The notes under the pieces: generated by a model
The model's input: the letters and a program-made list of their open reading frames with translations, nothing else
What the model was told of the DNA's origin: nothing
Database searches by the model: none
Program-made: the position numbers and the translations under genes
Source of the DNA: Sphaerodactylus townsendi
Taxonomy: Eukaryota
Reading direction: 5' to 3'
NCBI RefSeq assembly: GCF_021028975.2
Contig: NC_059435.1
Location: 41,540,001-41,604,000, forward strand
DNA: 64,000 nt
Shown here: one piece after another, positions 11,983 to 25,071 of the stretch
Layout: each line of letters begins with the position of its first letter
Numbering within the stretch: the stretch's first letter is position 1

Positions 11983-13711
11983 CTGGTTTGCTGGGAGAAG
12001 GCAGTTTGCCAAGGCATCCTACCTTTGCCATCACAGCAAGTTGGCGCTTGGCTAAAGGCTTCTCTGACCAAAAAGTGGTCAGTTTCATTCTTTGTGCAAG
12101 AACTGTGTCAGTGGGAGGGAACTGCAAGCACAGCAGATAGGCTAGTTGGGACATTTGAACACAGCCTGTGGAAATTGATGCAGCATGTCTTTTTTCAGAG
12201 TGCATGGTAATTTCTTAAAGCAAGAGAGCATTCATCAGTAAGTGAATGCTCAGTGAGCCATTTTTTTTTCATTTTCTAGCAATACACTCGCAAATAGTAA
12301 TTTATTTCAGTTCAGCTTGCCAGGCACTTTTTATAAGCATCCATCAAACACAGCTGCTGTTCCAGTCCTTCATTCTTCTGACTCTGTTACTGTTCTTCTC
12401 CCTCTGGACAAGTGTGCTATTTTGCAGTGAGTCCCTGCAATGACACAAGATGCTACTGACTAGAGCAAGGTAGCTGTGGGAAGGAAATTGTGAATCTTCC
12501 CCATGCGTATCATTCTTCTTTAGGTTTCCCCTTTTTAGGTAAGATGCAGTCTGAAGTACAGCCACAGCCTGAAAAGCTGTTTTGAACTAAGCTACAGAGT
12601 TTTACAGTACAAATTATGCTTTTGACATGTCTGAAATTAATCCACTGGAAAGTTGTATTTTGAATTGGATTAATAGGGACTCTGCTTGGTGGAATGTGAC
12701 AGAGGATTAGACTGGGGTGCTCTAGTTAATTCCCTTCGGAGGAAATAAAGCTGTGCAAGGTTTGGCATTATAAAATTGCAGCCACTGTTTTTGGATAGAG
12801 GAAATTGGGCTGTTTTTGATCGCCCCAGTACCCTGGACAGAGGCCAGGAAATGAGATTTGGATTTCAAACTCACCTACAGTTTCAGTGTCACAAATACCG
12901 CCATGGGGATGTTAGCATCAACATAGGCCGTTTCATGATGATTACCATCACCACCCTGTGGGTTTACTTGCACGAATGTTCCCAGAGTGGAGCCAACATC
13001 AGTCAGCTTCTACTGGCATCCCAGCATGGAACACCAGCCCCCAGACTTTCAGACATACTTTTGTGCGGCATAAGTAATTATCAGGAATGGGGATAATTTG
13101 GGCTGCAGGCGGGATTTTGAATTTCCCTCTCTTCTGTGCCTCCTGAAATTCCTTCCTGTGCCGCCTCCGGCCCCTGCTGTACCCCCCCCCCCAAATGAAT
13201 TGTGCTGTTATTTTACTAACCAGAGGGCCATGTGCTCCAGTTTCCATGCTTTACTGAATCATTAAAGGCTATCCAAAGTCATATAATATTTTAGTAAAAT
13301 AATTTGCTCTTAGACATCTCCCATACAGGATTAAAAATCTTTATGCAAGAGGATGAGCTTTATGCATGATTCAATTGTCACTTTATTCTTGATGAGGTTG
13401 TAAATTGGGGAGGGAATATGCGAATATGAAGCATGTGGAAGATATCTCAAAAGGTCCGATGGTGATCTAAATTTGGAGGTATGGATCTCATGCCGATGTA
13501 TTGTGAGTAGCAGGTTTTAATAATAGATGCTTTAAATGAGAAATTGCTCTATTGTACAAGTGCTACTTCTCAATTCTGGTTATGTTTTGTCTTATACAAG
13601 TAAGGATTGGTGACTGAAGAACTAAAACACCCTTCATAATGATTGTCCACATAGCTAGTAAAACTATATGTTCTTGGCAGTGAGTTCTATATGCGTTCTC
13701 TTTTCTTGCAG

Positions 13712-13883
13712 GACAATAAATCTACGCAATACTTTCTTGCAACAAATGCTTGAAAGAAAGCATGAAGTTCTTTGTATCCTGACAGAAAGAATTGTGACAA
13801 CTCAGAAATGTTTAATATCTGAACAGATTCAGACAGAGGAAAGAGTGGCTAGTATGGTGGGGATACGTACAAAGGTTATAAAG
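13712..13883 (+). CDS. GSDME: GSDME exon 4
   Basis: TINLRNTFLQQMLERKHEVLCILTERIVTTQKCLISE...KVIK; acceptor ttttcttgcag, donor GTAAGA; 172 nt. Confidence 0.96.
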
Positions 13884-14934
13884 GTAAGATCAAGGGATGG
13901 GATATATCATATAAATCTATTAAAATAAATTATAAAAGCCAGACTGTTGGCTTGAATTCATTGGCTTGCTTCCACTATTTTTTCTCTCTCCATATGAAGA
14001 AATCTTAGCAGAAGAGAATAATGATTTCAACCTTCAGGTTTTTATGTACAAATACTTCATTCATATTTAAGACTTAACAGTGTTTCTTGCTTGCTGCATC
14101 TCTTCTATCTTTCCTATTGCCAATAGTATACTGCAGACACTAAGACCATCTTGTATGCAAGCTTTATTGAAACTAGTGGAATTGGTTAAAATATACTCCT
14201 TTAACATTGCACAGGCTTTGAGCATGTGAAGGAGAAGTTCTTGGTGGATTGTGCCCCAAGCCTATGTATACATTTTTCTGTTGCTTCACAAAAGTGCTTC
14301 ATCATGTTTGCTAGATTTGAGCTAATCTGGATTTGTGGATTTGTGTCAACAAAGTGTGAATATATGTGTTATTGTGTTTTGGGTGTTTTTGGAGTGAGGG
14401 TTGCTTTGTCATATTACTTGTAATTCCATTCTGTAGAAGTGTAGTGTCTTTCATGCATTGCAAATAGTCAGCTACAAATTTGAGATTTGTATTCCTTCAA
14501 AGTTGTCTTTGAAGAGCTCCGCTAAACTTGTATGTTGGATACAGACTAAGCTACATGATTTTTGGTGACTCCGACTAGTGGTTCTTTGAGTACAGTGTCC
14601 TGTAACTAGCAGTTCATCCTGAACCTGTTTCCCATTTACAAAGACCATGGCCTCTGGCTGCTTCCATGGTTGCATTTTAAGGATTTGAATTGAGGATAAA
14701 TACTATAAGAAGTCTTCCTCAGTTCTTGTCCTAATCTCTGGACACTTTCACTTCCTGTATCTCAGATTTGTGTAACTAATGAAGTAGCAATGAAAAGTGT
14801 GTTTAACTCCATTTCTATACCATTGCAGATCAAGTATTTCTTTTTCTTTACCTTGACGGTCAGTTTGTGGCTAAATTACTGCTGTGCTGGATTAAACCAC
14901 TGTAAATTAATGAATGAATGCCTCTTTCTCTCAG

Positions 14935-15055
14935 GTATCAGTGAGTGAAAATGCGAATGTGATGAAGGATTCTGATGTGATTTTGGAGATCCCAGCTCCT
15001 ACAGCTATTGCTTATGGTGTAATAGAATTGTACATAAAACGTGATGGTCAGTTTG
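14935..15055 (+). CDS. GSDME: GSDME exon 5
   Basis: VSVSENANVMKDSDVILEIPAPTAIAYGVIELYIKRDGQF, translated by hand (not in ORF track); acceptor ctctttctctcag, donor GTAGGT; 121 nt. Confidence 0.96.
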
Positions 15056-16130
15056 GTAGGTAATGGACCTATTTCTCTCCTCCTCCTTCCCCCCCACCCC
15101 CAGCAGCACTGCAGAGCATTGCTGTATAGTGAGGTAGGTTTAGTGGAACATAATAGACAGATAGATCATTTAACCACATTTTATTCAAAAATTGAGGCAA
15201 AAATTACAGTTGTGCAAGTATACGCAATTCCAGGTTTGGTTGTTTTTTTTGTGGTACTCCAGGATGGAGTACAGGAACCTTTTTGGGGGGGGGGGCGGGG
15301 TCTTTCCCAAGTCTTGACAGGGAATCAGTGCAACCTGATATATGAGCATTGGCACATCCCCTCCTCTCCTGGTCGTTGTCTTCCTCCTCCTCCTCCTCCT
15401 CCTCCTTAAATAATAAAAGCTCTATATGACTCTGTAAAGCAATTCCTGGTTTGGCTGAAATTACAAGTGCATTGCAAGGAAGCTGTAAGGAACTTATTTG
15501 TGTATCACAAGCGAGAGTGTATCTTGACTGATTCAGATCTGACAGCATCATTCCTGTGTCAGCATACATGAGTAAACAAAGGAAGCTGACTCACCCAAAC
15601 AGACCCATCTGTCAGAGTCAGTCACATTCTTTACTAATTCACGCAGGAGCTGTACTCTGCTTATCCACCATCTGCTTTCTTACTGGAGCTTCTTTATGTC
15701 TTTTCTTGTTGATGGTTAGCTTGAGCTGAGCCAAGTGTGTCATTTTATGGGAGATTAGATTGCCCAGCTCCTTTTTAATGCTAAATGATTGCTGGGGTGG
15801 GGAGGGGGAGTTTGGATTGAGGCAATGGAAAGAGATTTTCACTGTTGTGCCCAGGCTGGATTAGTGGAATGGTTCTCCTAGTCTAACATCCATTGTTCAA
15901 ACAATGGCCAACCAGATGCCCCCAGAAAGTTTACAAACTGGACAAGCAGGCCAAAGCTCCTCTTACCAACATCATTTTTGCCTTCCCAGCACCAGCCTTC
16001 CCCAATACCAGAACAAACAGAAATCTTCCCTTTCCCACAGTTGCTACTGGGGGAAATGGCACAGGAGGAAAGGATCCCCACATACCCTCAGTTCCCTCAC
16101 AGGGTGACCTCTGTCCAAATCTTCTCCATC

Positions 16131-16185
16131 TTGGTTGTAGTGGGCTTTCCGGGCTGTGTGGCCGTGGTCTAGTACATCTTGTTCC
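16131..16185 (-). mobile_element. Penelope-like terminal fragment
   Basis: Matches the left arm of the element at 25072. Confidence 0.65.
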
Positions 16186-16506
16186 CACCCCACTACCTTT
16201 TAATACTAAACAATATGTCAGGAGATCTATTTGAAGATTTCCCTTGTGCTGTGTAATGCACCCTGGAGTTCAACCAATAAAAAACAAAAACCTTTAGATT
16301 TTTCAACAGTTTCAGCCATCTGGAGGTTTTGCTCAGAAACTGTTGCCAAGAAAACTCCTCCCCACGTTTTCCAATTTCTTTGGACTGAGTTTTGTTTCTT
16401 GTCAAAGATTTGAGTGAAAGCTGTCCTGCAGACACTTTGGATGGTAGTAAGGACTGCCTGTATAGATGTGAGAGGGACTTTTTCCAGGAGAGCAAGCAAA
16501 CAATCA

Positions 16507-17180
16507 AGGCCCGTGTGGTATAGTGGTGGTAAGGTACTGAACTAGGGTCTGGGAACGCACATTCAAATCCCCACTCTGCTTTGGAAGAAGCCAGGATACC
16601 TTGGATAGTAGTCACTTTTTCTCAGCCTAGTCTACCTCCAATGGCGTAGCTACCACAGGATAGGGTGGGGACAAATGCCCCAGGTGGGCCCCTGTCTGGT
16701 CACAAGGGGGGTGGAAAATCACTCCCCACACCCCTTCCCCCCTCAGGCCCGACCCCACCAGGCTGCTGCAGAGCACCCCTCAGCCTGGCCCTGCCCCGTC
16801 AGGACCGGTGGAGGCCGCCACAGGGTGCCCCTTGGCCCTGCCCTACCAGGCCCAGCAGAAGCCGCAGCCGAGCGCCCCTCAGCCCCACCCCGCCAGGCCT
16901 GGTGGAGGCCACTGCCTGGCATCCCTTGACCCCGCCAGGGCACCCGGAACTGCCACTGGCTCAAGTAAGTAGGGCATGGGGGCGTAGCTACTGCAAGGGG
17001 GTGGGGCGCTGAGGGGGCACCATTTTGCCCCAGGCGCCATTTCCCCCACTATGCCTCTGTGTACCTCACAGGATTGTCATTGTAAGAATAAAATGGAGGA
17101 GGAGCAACCAGTGTTATAAACTAATTTGGGTCCCCATTGGGGACAAAAACAGGAGATAAAGTATCAGAATAAACGAATAA
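16507..17180 (+). mobile_element. Squam3-like tRNA SINE split by a nested hAT insertion
   Basis: tRNA-like head (gtgtggtatagtgg...attcaaatccccac) runs to 16638, resumes at 17068 and ends in an A-rich tail. Confidence 0.75.
16639..17059. mobile_element. GC-rich non-autonomous hAT element
   Basis: TIR CAATGGCGTAG / CTATGCCTCTG; 8-bp TSD tctacctc/tgtacctc. Confidence 0.8.
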
Positions 17181-19112
17181 GATAATTGAATTGGTCCTCA
17201 GCTGCCAGATTTCTCACATGCAACAATTAATTAGCATAATTGCCCATTGCATTTTCTGTGGTTGTGATTTTTTTTCTTGTATATTCTTCCCAATAGAAGG
17301 AGCAGCAGATGAGCTTGCTTGGAATGATGTATAAGAAAGAATGTACACAATTTCTCAAACTGTTCAGAAATCCAATTTGACACACAAGAGGTATCTGGGA
17401 TGCATGAAAAAGCACATGGGAGGTGCTCTTAAAATGCAGAGCTTTCAAGCCTCTCAATTTGTTATGTGTTGTGGAGGACTGCAAGTATAAAGGAGCAGAT
17501 TCTGCTTGTCTTATGAATCTCCGTGAGAGTTTATTGGCTGATAGTAAGAGAGGGGAACCAACATAGTCACCCATGGTTGCTAAGAGATTGTGCATTTCCT
17601 CTCTGCATAAACAGTCTGAAAATCTCTTTCCGAAAAGGATATAATTTTGTGGTAACCTTATGTGTATGGTTGAACACATGTGTGTAAGATACAGATTAAG
17701 TGCTTATAAATTCACTTGTATTGTGACATTTTGTAGCTATTGTTTTTTCCTGATTGGATTGCCTACTTTAAGCTCACTGATAATGAAGTTAACACACCTG
17801 GGTTCATTAACCTTTGCTCTTTTCCCTATGTTGTTGAATCTGCCCTGCCCTAGTTTATATTTAGTTATATCTAATCACTCAAGCCATAAAAGATGCAGGG
17901 TTTTGCTGTCTCTTTATCTTGGTTGTTGTAATGTGAAGGTGAGGGAAGAGGAGGCACTAGCTGTTGCAGAGCCCAGTGACTGGGATGTGTCACCAAGAAA
18001 TCCAAATTCCTCTGGTACTCAAGTGTTGTCCTCTTCCATCCTCCCCCGCCCCCCTGCACTTTCAAAGCAACAAGTGGAATAATCATATCAGCATATCTAT
18101 AATCCTGGTTGTTACTGGAAGGGCATCCGTAATCTGTGGTGCTCAGCACCTTTTGTAATACATATGAATTTGCATCTAAACTAATTGAACTTACCTAAAA
18201 GCTTTATTGACTTGTACAATAATGTTTCATGACAGTAGATCATAAGAGATTGTACTGCTTATTTATCTTGCTTTGTTTTATTTGGCTGTTTATATTATAC
18301 TTTGAAGTTAAATTTTGAGTTCTGAACTTTGTCTGTTACATCTTCACCTCCAAGGTGATGCTGCTGCTATTATTTGCTACATCTGCTTGTGTATTGGAGG
18401 CTCTCTTTGGCATTTTCCCCATGGGATGAGGAGGTGAAACATCCTGGTTCAGGCATGGCTTCCGCATGGCTTCTGGGCCTAACTTGGGGCCGCCTCACAA
18501 GGTTTTCCTTATCCTGTGGCTTTCAAAAAATGATGAAATTGGCGGTCCTTTTGAAAAAGCCCGCACCAATCCCAGTCCCATGCAAACACCACGGGAGACA
18601 GGCCAGTTTATTTTTCTGGCTTCGCCACCTGTTCTCCCTTCCCCTTAGCTGCAGCCAATCAGAAGATCGGAAAAACGGAATCTACGTAAACTACGCGAAC
18701 AACGTATTATTATTATTAATTAAATTTAATATACCGCCCACCCCCCAAGGGCTCTGTATACAATCTATATATGATCCTGGGTCTGTTCCTGGATATTTTG
18801 TTTGTGGGGAGAACGCCTTTATGAAGACAGCTTTCAAATAGATCTGCTCTCTTTCAGTTGCATCTGCAGAGACCTTGCAGTTTTGGTTAGCTTCTGTCTA
18901 CTATCAGAGGTGCTGTGTTTACACCTGGCATGTGTTCTGCTTTAAGGTGAAACTGGTTGATTATGCACAAGATGTCTGGTGCAGGATGGGGGCGAATGTC
19001 CATCATGGCAAGATTTCTTTTATGGACATATTTCCTTAAGCTCCACTTTCACTTTCCATTCTCTCTGCGGCAAGCAAACATCACTTTTAGGACAACTTTT
19101 CATTTGTGTCAC

Positions 19113-19720
19113 CACTCCACTTGGCTCCCGGTGGAGTTCCGGATCATCTTCAAGGTATTGGTGTTGACCTTCAAGGCCTTACGCGGCCTGGGACCCTCGT
19201 ACCTTCGGGACCGCATCACCCCGTATGTCCCGGCACGGCCTCTTCGTTCTGTGGAGGCCAATCTATTGGTGGTCCCTGGCCCCTCAATGATGCGGCTGGC
19301 CTCCACACGGGCCAGGGCCTTTACGGCTCTGGCCCCGGCCTGGTGGAACAGCCTTCCTCCGGCTGTTCGGGCCCTGCGGGACCTTAACGAATTCCGCAGG
19401 GCCTGTAAAACAGAGTTGTTCCGCCGGGCCTTTGGAGGGTCCAGCCGCTGAAATGGTGCCCCCTCCAGTTTGGCCCCTAGCTGATTCTACACCTGGGCCT
19501 TCCATCTAACATGGCTCGCCACCTCCCCCTCCCTTTTCCTGGGGAGAATTTTTAAAATTGGGGTTGGCGGACGCCTCTTTTATTGTTATCACTGTTTTAA
19601 AATGGTTTTAGTAATTTATTTAATTGTATTTACATTTTTGTGTTGTACACCGCCCGGAGCCCTTCGGGGATGGGGCGGTTTAAAAGTTTAAGTAATAAAT
19701 AAATAAATAAATAAATAAAT
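19113..19720 (+). mobile_element. Young 5'-truncated L2-clade LINE
   Basis: WLPVEFRIIFKVLVLTFKALRGLGPSYLRDRI...APAWWNSLP is the L2 ORF2 C-terminus. It has a 3' stem-loop and (TAAA)n tail, and CpGs are intact. Confidence 0.9.
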
Positions 19721-19969
19721 AGAGCAGGCAGATTTGTCAGTGAGCACAGCTTTGCTGTGGACATGTTCCCTCTGCCCATAGCCAGCCTACCTGGCTCCAC
19801 CCTTCCCACTCCTCTGCACTGTCGTCCACATGTTCCCCCTCACTCCCACCTTCTATGTTGCAGACTCCTTCCTGCTTCTCTAAAGCTTATATCAAGATAT
19901 GGATATCTTGATATAATAATAACAGAGAGGGCTTTTCCAAGAAACAGTACAAGCAGTGTCTCTTTTGGG

Positions 19970-20028
19970 CTCTGCACCACCTTCCTCACTGTACTTTTGG
20001 ACTCTGCACCACCTTCCTCACTGTACTT
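19970..20028. repeat. 32-bp-period tandem duplication
   Basis: ctctgcaccaccttcctcactgtactt occurs at 19970 and 20002. Confidence 0.85.
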
Positions 20029-20587
20029 CTGCCCTTCTCGATGACAGGGAGGGCTTTTAAAAACTTTATTACAACACACCAAAGAATCCTCTCTCTTCTG
20101 TAGCAGAGCAATGGCAGGAAGTGTATGTGTGTGTGGAGGGAAGGGGAGAGGAGAGGAGGGGGAAAGAATATCAGTTCTACACATGATCCCCTTCTTCAGT
20201 AGTGTGTGGTCCAAGGAATGGTTTTGTCTCTTTCATTTAGGGGGGAGATTATTTATGGAAAGGACTACAATATTGATATAAAAGTAATTAAAAGGCTTTT
20301 ACAAAGCCAGCGATCTTGAGACTAGTGGGTGTGATGAGATCTGTGCCTTTAAGAAGGAGCTGATGGGTAGAGTTGAGAGAATCAGGAAATGCAGGCCAGG
20401 GGGAGTTCTCAACAGGCCTGAGAGAGTTCTCTGCAGAAACATTGTGAGGCAGAAGTGCCTCCTTGTGTGTAAACAGAGAAATGCAGGACAACCCACTACA
20501 AGCCCCCTGCACAGGGGAAAGTTCCGAGGTAAGCATTCCACTGGTGTATCAATGGGAGGTGTGGGGGCATGCGCCATCTATCTAGAT

Positions 20588-20726
20588 CAGGGGTCTGCAA
20601 CCTGTGGCTCTCCAGATGTTCATGGACTACAATTCCCATCAGTCCCTGCCAGCATGGCCAATTGGCAGAGGCTGATGGGAATTGTAGTCCATGAACATCT
20701 GGAGAGCCGCAGGTTGCAGACCCCTG
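20588..20726. mobile_element. Near-perfect palindromic hAT-Charlie MITE, 139 bp
   Basis: CAGGGGTCTGCAACCTG...CAGGTTGCAGACCCCTG; TSD atctagat/acctagat. Confidence 0.9.
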
Positions 20727-21204
20727 ACCTAGATCACGAGGGAGGCACATTTTGCCCTCCTGCCCTCTTCCAAACTCCCTCCTCTGCCCTCTGCTGAACA
20801 CCCCCACCCCTTGCTAAACACCCCCTGTCACCCCCACCCCTGCACACCAGTAAAAAAACCACCCACTCATCCTCTTTTGAAGCCATGTGGTCAGCCACCT
20901 GGCCACAGCTGCACAGTCAAGGAGGGTGGCAAAGGGTAGGCGGCTGCACGGGAGCCCTGGTGCACAGGGGCTGCTAGTTGAGCTTTGGACACCTTGTGTG
21001 GCATTGGATTGTGCCTGCAGGCAGACAGGGCTGAGTGTCATTCGTGCGCAAATGGTAAGCAGCTTCTTGCCACACCCAGCCCAGAAACCGGAGCCCTTTG
21101 GGGAGTTTGGCAGGGGAGCAGGGAGAGTTAAGTGAGGGGGTGGGGCAGGGGAGTTCGGTGGAGGCTGGGCACTTTGTGATAGTATGCCTCTTTTCATATA
21201 TAAT

Positions 21205-21403
21205 GGGCCCCTTTGTGGCTCAATGTGAGAGCCTATTTTTTTTATGAAGTCTCAGGTTCTATCCCCATCATCTCCACTTAAAAGGATCTGGTAGGCAGTG
21301 GTGTGAAATACCTTTACCTGAGGCCTGGAAAGCCACTTCCAACATGAGAAGGCCTTAAAAAAACCAATGGTATGTTGCAGTACAGGGCAGTTTCATTTGT
21401 TCA
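21205..21403 (+). mobile_element. Old tRNA-derived SINE with CR1-like tail
   Basis: Head gtggctcaatg...caggttctatcccc, tail gggcagtttcatttgttca; related antisense copy at about 41900-42120. Confidence 0.55.
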
Positions 21404-22944
21404 TATATTCTTGTGTGCTTTCTGGGGAGTTTATCCTGTAACCCATTCTGAATCTCAGTGGAAAAGACAGACTATAAACAAAACAAGTAAAAATAAAATA
21501 ATCCCCCCCCCTTTCCTGAATACTAGTAGTACTGGGCGTATGCTTTCTGCACTCAATGGGAGCGAGTTTTTGTGACCCTTGTAAGTTAACTTCATTCAAC
21601 CTAACTTCTGGAGATATTTGCCTAGAAACCAGTCCTGAAATTTACCAGCATAGAGAGAACTGGGCCTTCTCACCAGTTCAAATAGGGAGAGTGAGGTGAA
21701 TAAACTGCTAGTTGCTGATGTCACAAAGGCATTGAATCTTACCTACTTAGCCCCTCATGCTGTGGCTTTCTTCAGGTAACTTTCTAGTGCAAGGGATTTT
21801 CTCTCCAGTGTCACATATTGGGTAATTGCAGCTGCTTACTTTCCCCTCCATCTTGATTTTCTTTAAAGCTACTTCTTTGCCTGTGCTGGTTCTGGAGACC
21901 ACCACCATTCTGACATATTTCAAGACTTGGAACATTACTAGATAAGATTGCCCTGGGAACAGGACTGAAAGTTCGCAGCACTGATCCATTTGCCTTTCAG
22001 TGTTTACACGCTGCTTTTATTAGCCTGAATTGAGGCACGAGAAGCACCCTGGCAGTCTCATTACTCTTGAGAGGAAGGCTTGAATTTGTATTACTCTTTT
22101 TCTTGTGCTGTGTAACTCTCAGTCTCTGAGGGACATTTAATTTGTTAACAGTGCCACAAACAACTGCTTTCTTCATTCTCATTCTATTGTTGCACAAAGC
22201 AGTGGCTGAGGGCTTTTCAGACTTTCTTCTGGCTGTGCTCCTTTCCTGTTGGTCTTTGTGCTTCCCCTTCCCTTTAGACTCAGTTCATTGAGACATGAAT
22301 GTGAAAACGTTATATTTAAATTCTGAACATGAGTTGTGAACATTGTGCTTTTACCCTTAAAAAGTCTGTTTTTCTCTCTTCTCTGTGTGGATTTTATTAC
22401 AAGTTTGAAAAAGTATTTTGGCCAATGTATAAGGTGGGATTCAGGTTTTCTGTTGGTGCTTTATTTAAGACCTTTTTATTCTCTTATAGTCTGAGCGCAG
22501 GTTGAGGAAATCAGTGCTGCTTTGTTTTCTGAAAGTAAAATGTCTAATGTTTTTTTTAATTCAATGAAATGACCATGTGATTGTAAACACATGTAAAGCC
22601 AAGATTGAACTAAACTAGAGAGATGTTGGGAGGTCCACAAACAGATCTTTTGCAAGTATTTTGTTGGTAAAAAGTTGTAGGGCAGGAATGTTTTGAATTA
22701 AGGCAGTGGCATGTGGGGTCTAAATTAGGTGACTCCATGGAAATCATGTTCTACTATTAAAAGAGGATCAGTCAAAGAATAGAGTCTTGAGTCATTTACT
22801 TGTCTCACGAGCCATGTGTTGTGATATTTGGAATTTATCACATCATGATAGGGAAAATTGCCTCATGGCAGTCTTTAGAAGAAGAAAACAGTATTTATTT
22901 ACTGTATTTTTACAGTACTGTATTTCCCAGCATGGGAAAAGTCC

Positions 22945-23073
22945 ATTTTGATTTTGTTAGGTCTCAGAAGTTAATCAGGGTTGGTCTTGGCTACCGGTAG
23001 TACTTGGATGAGAGCCCACCAAGGAATATCAGGGTCATTATGCAGAGGACAGTGATAGCAAACCACCTCTGTT
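22945..23073 (+). mobile_element. 5S rRNA-derived SINE, partial
   Basis: tctcagaagttaatcaggg...tagtacttggatgagag...gcaaaccacctctg. Confidence 0.7.
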
Positions 23074-23732
23074 AAGCTGTTTCCGCACGAGCAGAAAACA
23101 GCACCTTAGGGACAGACTGGATTACACAGTATAAGAGCAGTCCATATGAAATGTGGTACTTGGATTCATTTCTCATTTGATTCTTCAGACAGAACTTCCA
23201 ATATCATAGTAAAAGCCTTTGATCTGTCTGTTGAAAATGGTGGGCCATAAATATCATTTGAATTCATAATTTTTTAAAAATATGCAGCCCATCTTTCCAA
23301 GCAACAGAAGCATTCCATATTGATTTGACAATCTTTTGGAAGCTAAGCAGATGCAGGTTTGGTCTGGGCCCTCACAGTATATCCTCAGCAAACCCTCACA
23401 GCTCACTCTCTGGTATCCATTGGCATTCCCTTGCCGCTGATGCAGTCCTGCAGGGTGCACTTTGGACCTCAGCAAGGAAAGAGTCCATTCTTGATTTATG
23501 CTTGCACAACGTTTAATCCAAGCCAATGTGGCTAACTAGCAATCTAAATAATAAATAATGAAACTAGGCAAAAAATGTGTGGACAGTAACACATTTTATT
23601 TTTTTCTCTATGTTCCACTGTACCCAGTAAGATGTTTATTTGGGTGGGTTGAAATGCAATCCAAAGGCAAATGCAATCTAAAAAAAATTGCCTTCCTGAA
23701 TGACTGAATTCAAAACCATTTTAAATTGACAG

Positions 23733-23921
23733 AGTTCTGCCTGCTGGATGAACAACAAGGAGGTTTTGAAAGAGAGAGTTCAGAAGTCCCACCTCATTCT
23801 CACTCAGTAATCTTCAGAGATGTTATGTTCCTCCATCAACTGGATGCTGTGGATGGTGGGAAGGCCTCTGGGCCAGAAAGCTCTATCCCCAGTGAGGCTC
23901 CATTGAGTATTTTTAAAAAAG
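23733..23921 (+). CDS. GSDME: GSDME exon 6, interdomain linker with DAVD caspase site
   Basis: EFCLLDEQQGGFERE...HQLDAVDGGKASG...PLSIFKK; acceptor gacag, donor GTATGC; 189 nt, phase consistent. Confidence 0.94.
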
Positions 23922-25071
23922 GTATGCTTATGATGCTATATCAAAAACAGAATGCTTTATTCACAATAATTGTGGATAATTAGCCTGCTCCACTCTTTCT
24001 CTGTACCTTCAATGTCCCCAAGAACAGGGGATATTGTTATGTCAGAACAGAAGAGAGTTGATTTCGTTACATGTACCAGAAATCACTAATTGATGAGAAC
24101 AGGGCATTGGACCATGGCAGAACTTGCTACAAAACTGTGGAGACAATGTTGGCTTTATCCACTAGCACATGAAAAGTTTCACCCTCAGAATCCTCCTATA
24201 GCATTGAAGTTATACGAATGATGACATGTTTCAGGTTTTTTTCTTAAGCCAAGACCCTGAAACCAACTAAATGGATCAGTTTGTATACCATCTGCATTTC
24301 TTCCCTAGCTTTCCATGTATGTTTAGAGAGTTTGCATTGATATGGAGTCCCAAATAGGTGTGTGTTGAGGAAAGTTAATCATAACCCTTCCTTATCCATT
24401 CTCTGCACACACACACACACCTGTGTTTGCTTGTAACGGATTGCTCAGTGTTTGCCAGAAGGCAAGTGCTTTTGCATGGCCAGTAGAGGCTTCCTGGTAA
24501 GTTTGTAAAAACATCTGAAGGTACCTACTGGCCAAAATGTGATGCCTGTGGAGAAAGTACATGTGAACATAATTACGAAGCATTTCCTGTTTTTAGAATA
24601 TCCTTGCCAAACTGCTCTCAATTAATAATGTTTTAGGAGGCATAGATGGAACAGCAATTCTTGAGCATTTGTTACACAGCATGGCAACAGTTTCTTAATT
24701 AAATTCCTCAGTGGAGACTTACTTAGCATCTTGACCTACAGAATCTAATTTTCTCAGCAAGTGCCATCACATTCTGAGAAACCATAGACAGACAGACATG
24801 TGGCAGCTGAGGACAGAGATTACACTGAGAGGACATGTGGAAAGTCAGTGAGAACCATGTGCTGAAGGAACAAGTGACTGGCTGTACCTTAGGTAATCAA
24901 GGTCCGTCCCCTTTTTCACAAAAAGAAGACAATGCAATTGTGCATTCTTTGGCAGAAATCGAATGTGCGTGCCTTTGCATGTCAAAGAAATCCCGATTCT
25001 CTTTTAAGAATAGATAATAATATTTGAGCGCTGGCTTCATCAAAACCATTATCCTTTGCAATGTTTAACAT

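Noticed and set aside
16507-16580. Possible tRNA gene
   Set aside because: A/B-box-like head without a cloverleaf, continuing into a SINE body.
18957-19451. 164-aa ORF and similar ORFs at 43584 and 55323
   Set aside because: L2 LINE ORF2 C-terminal remnants, 5'-truncated; not host genes.
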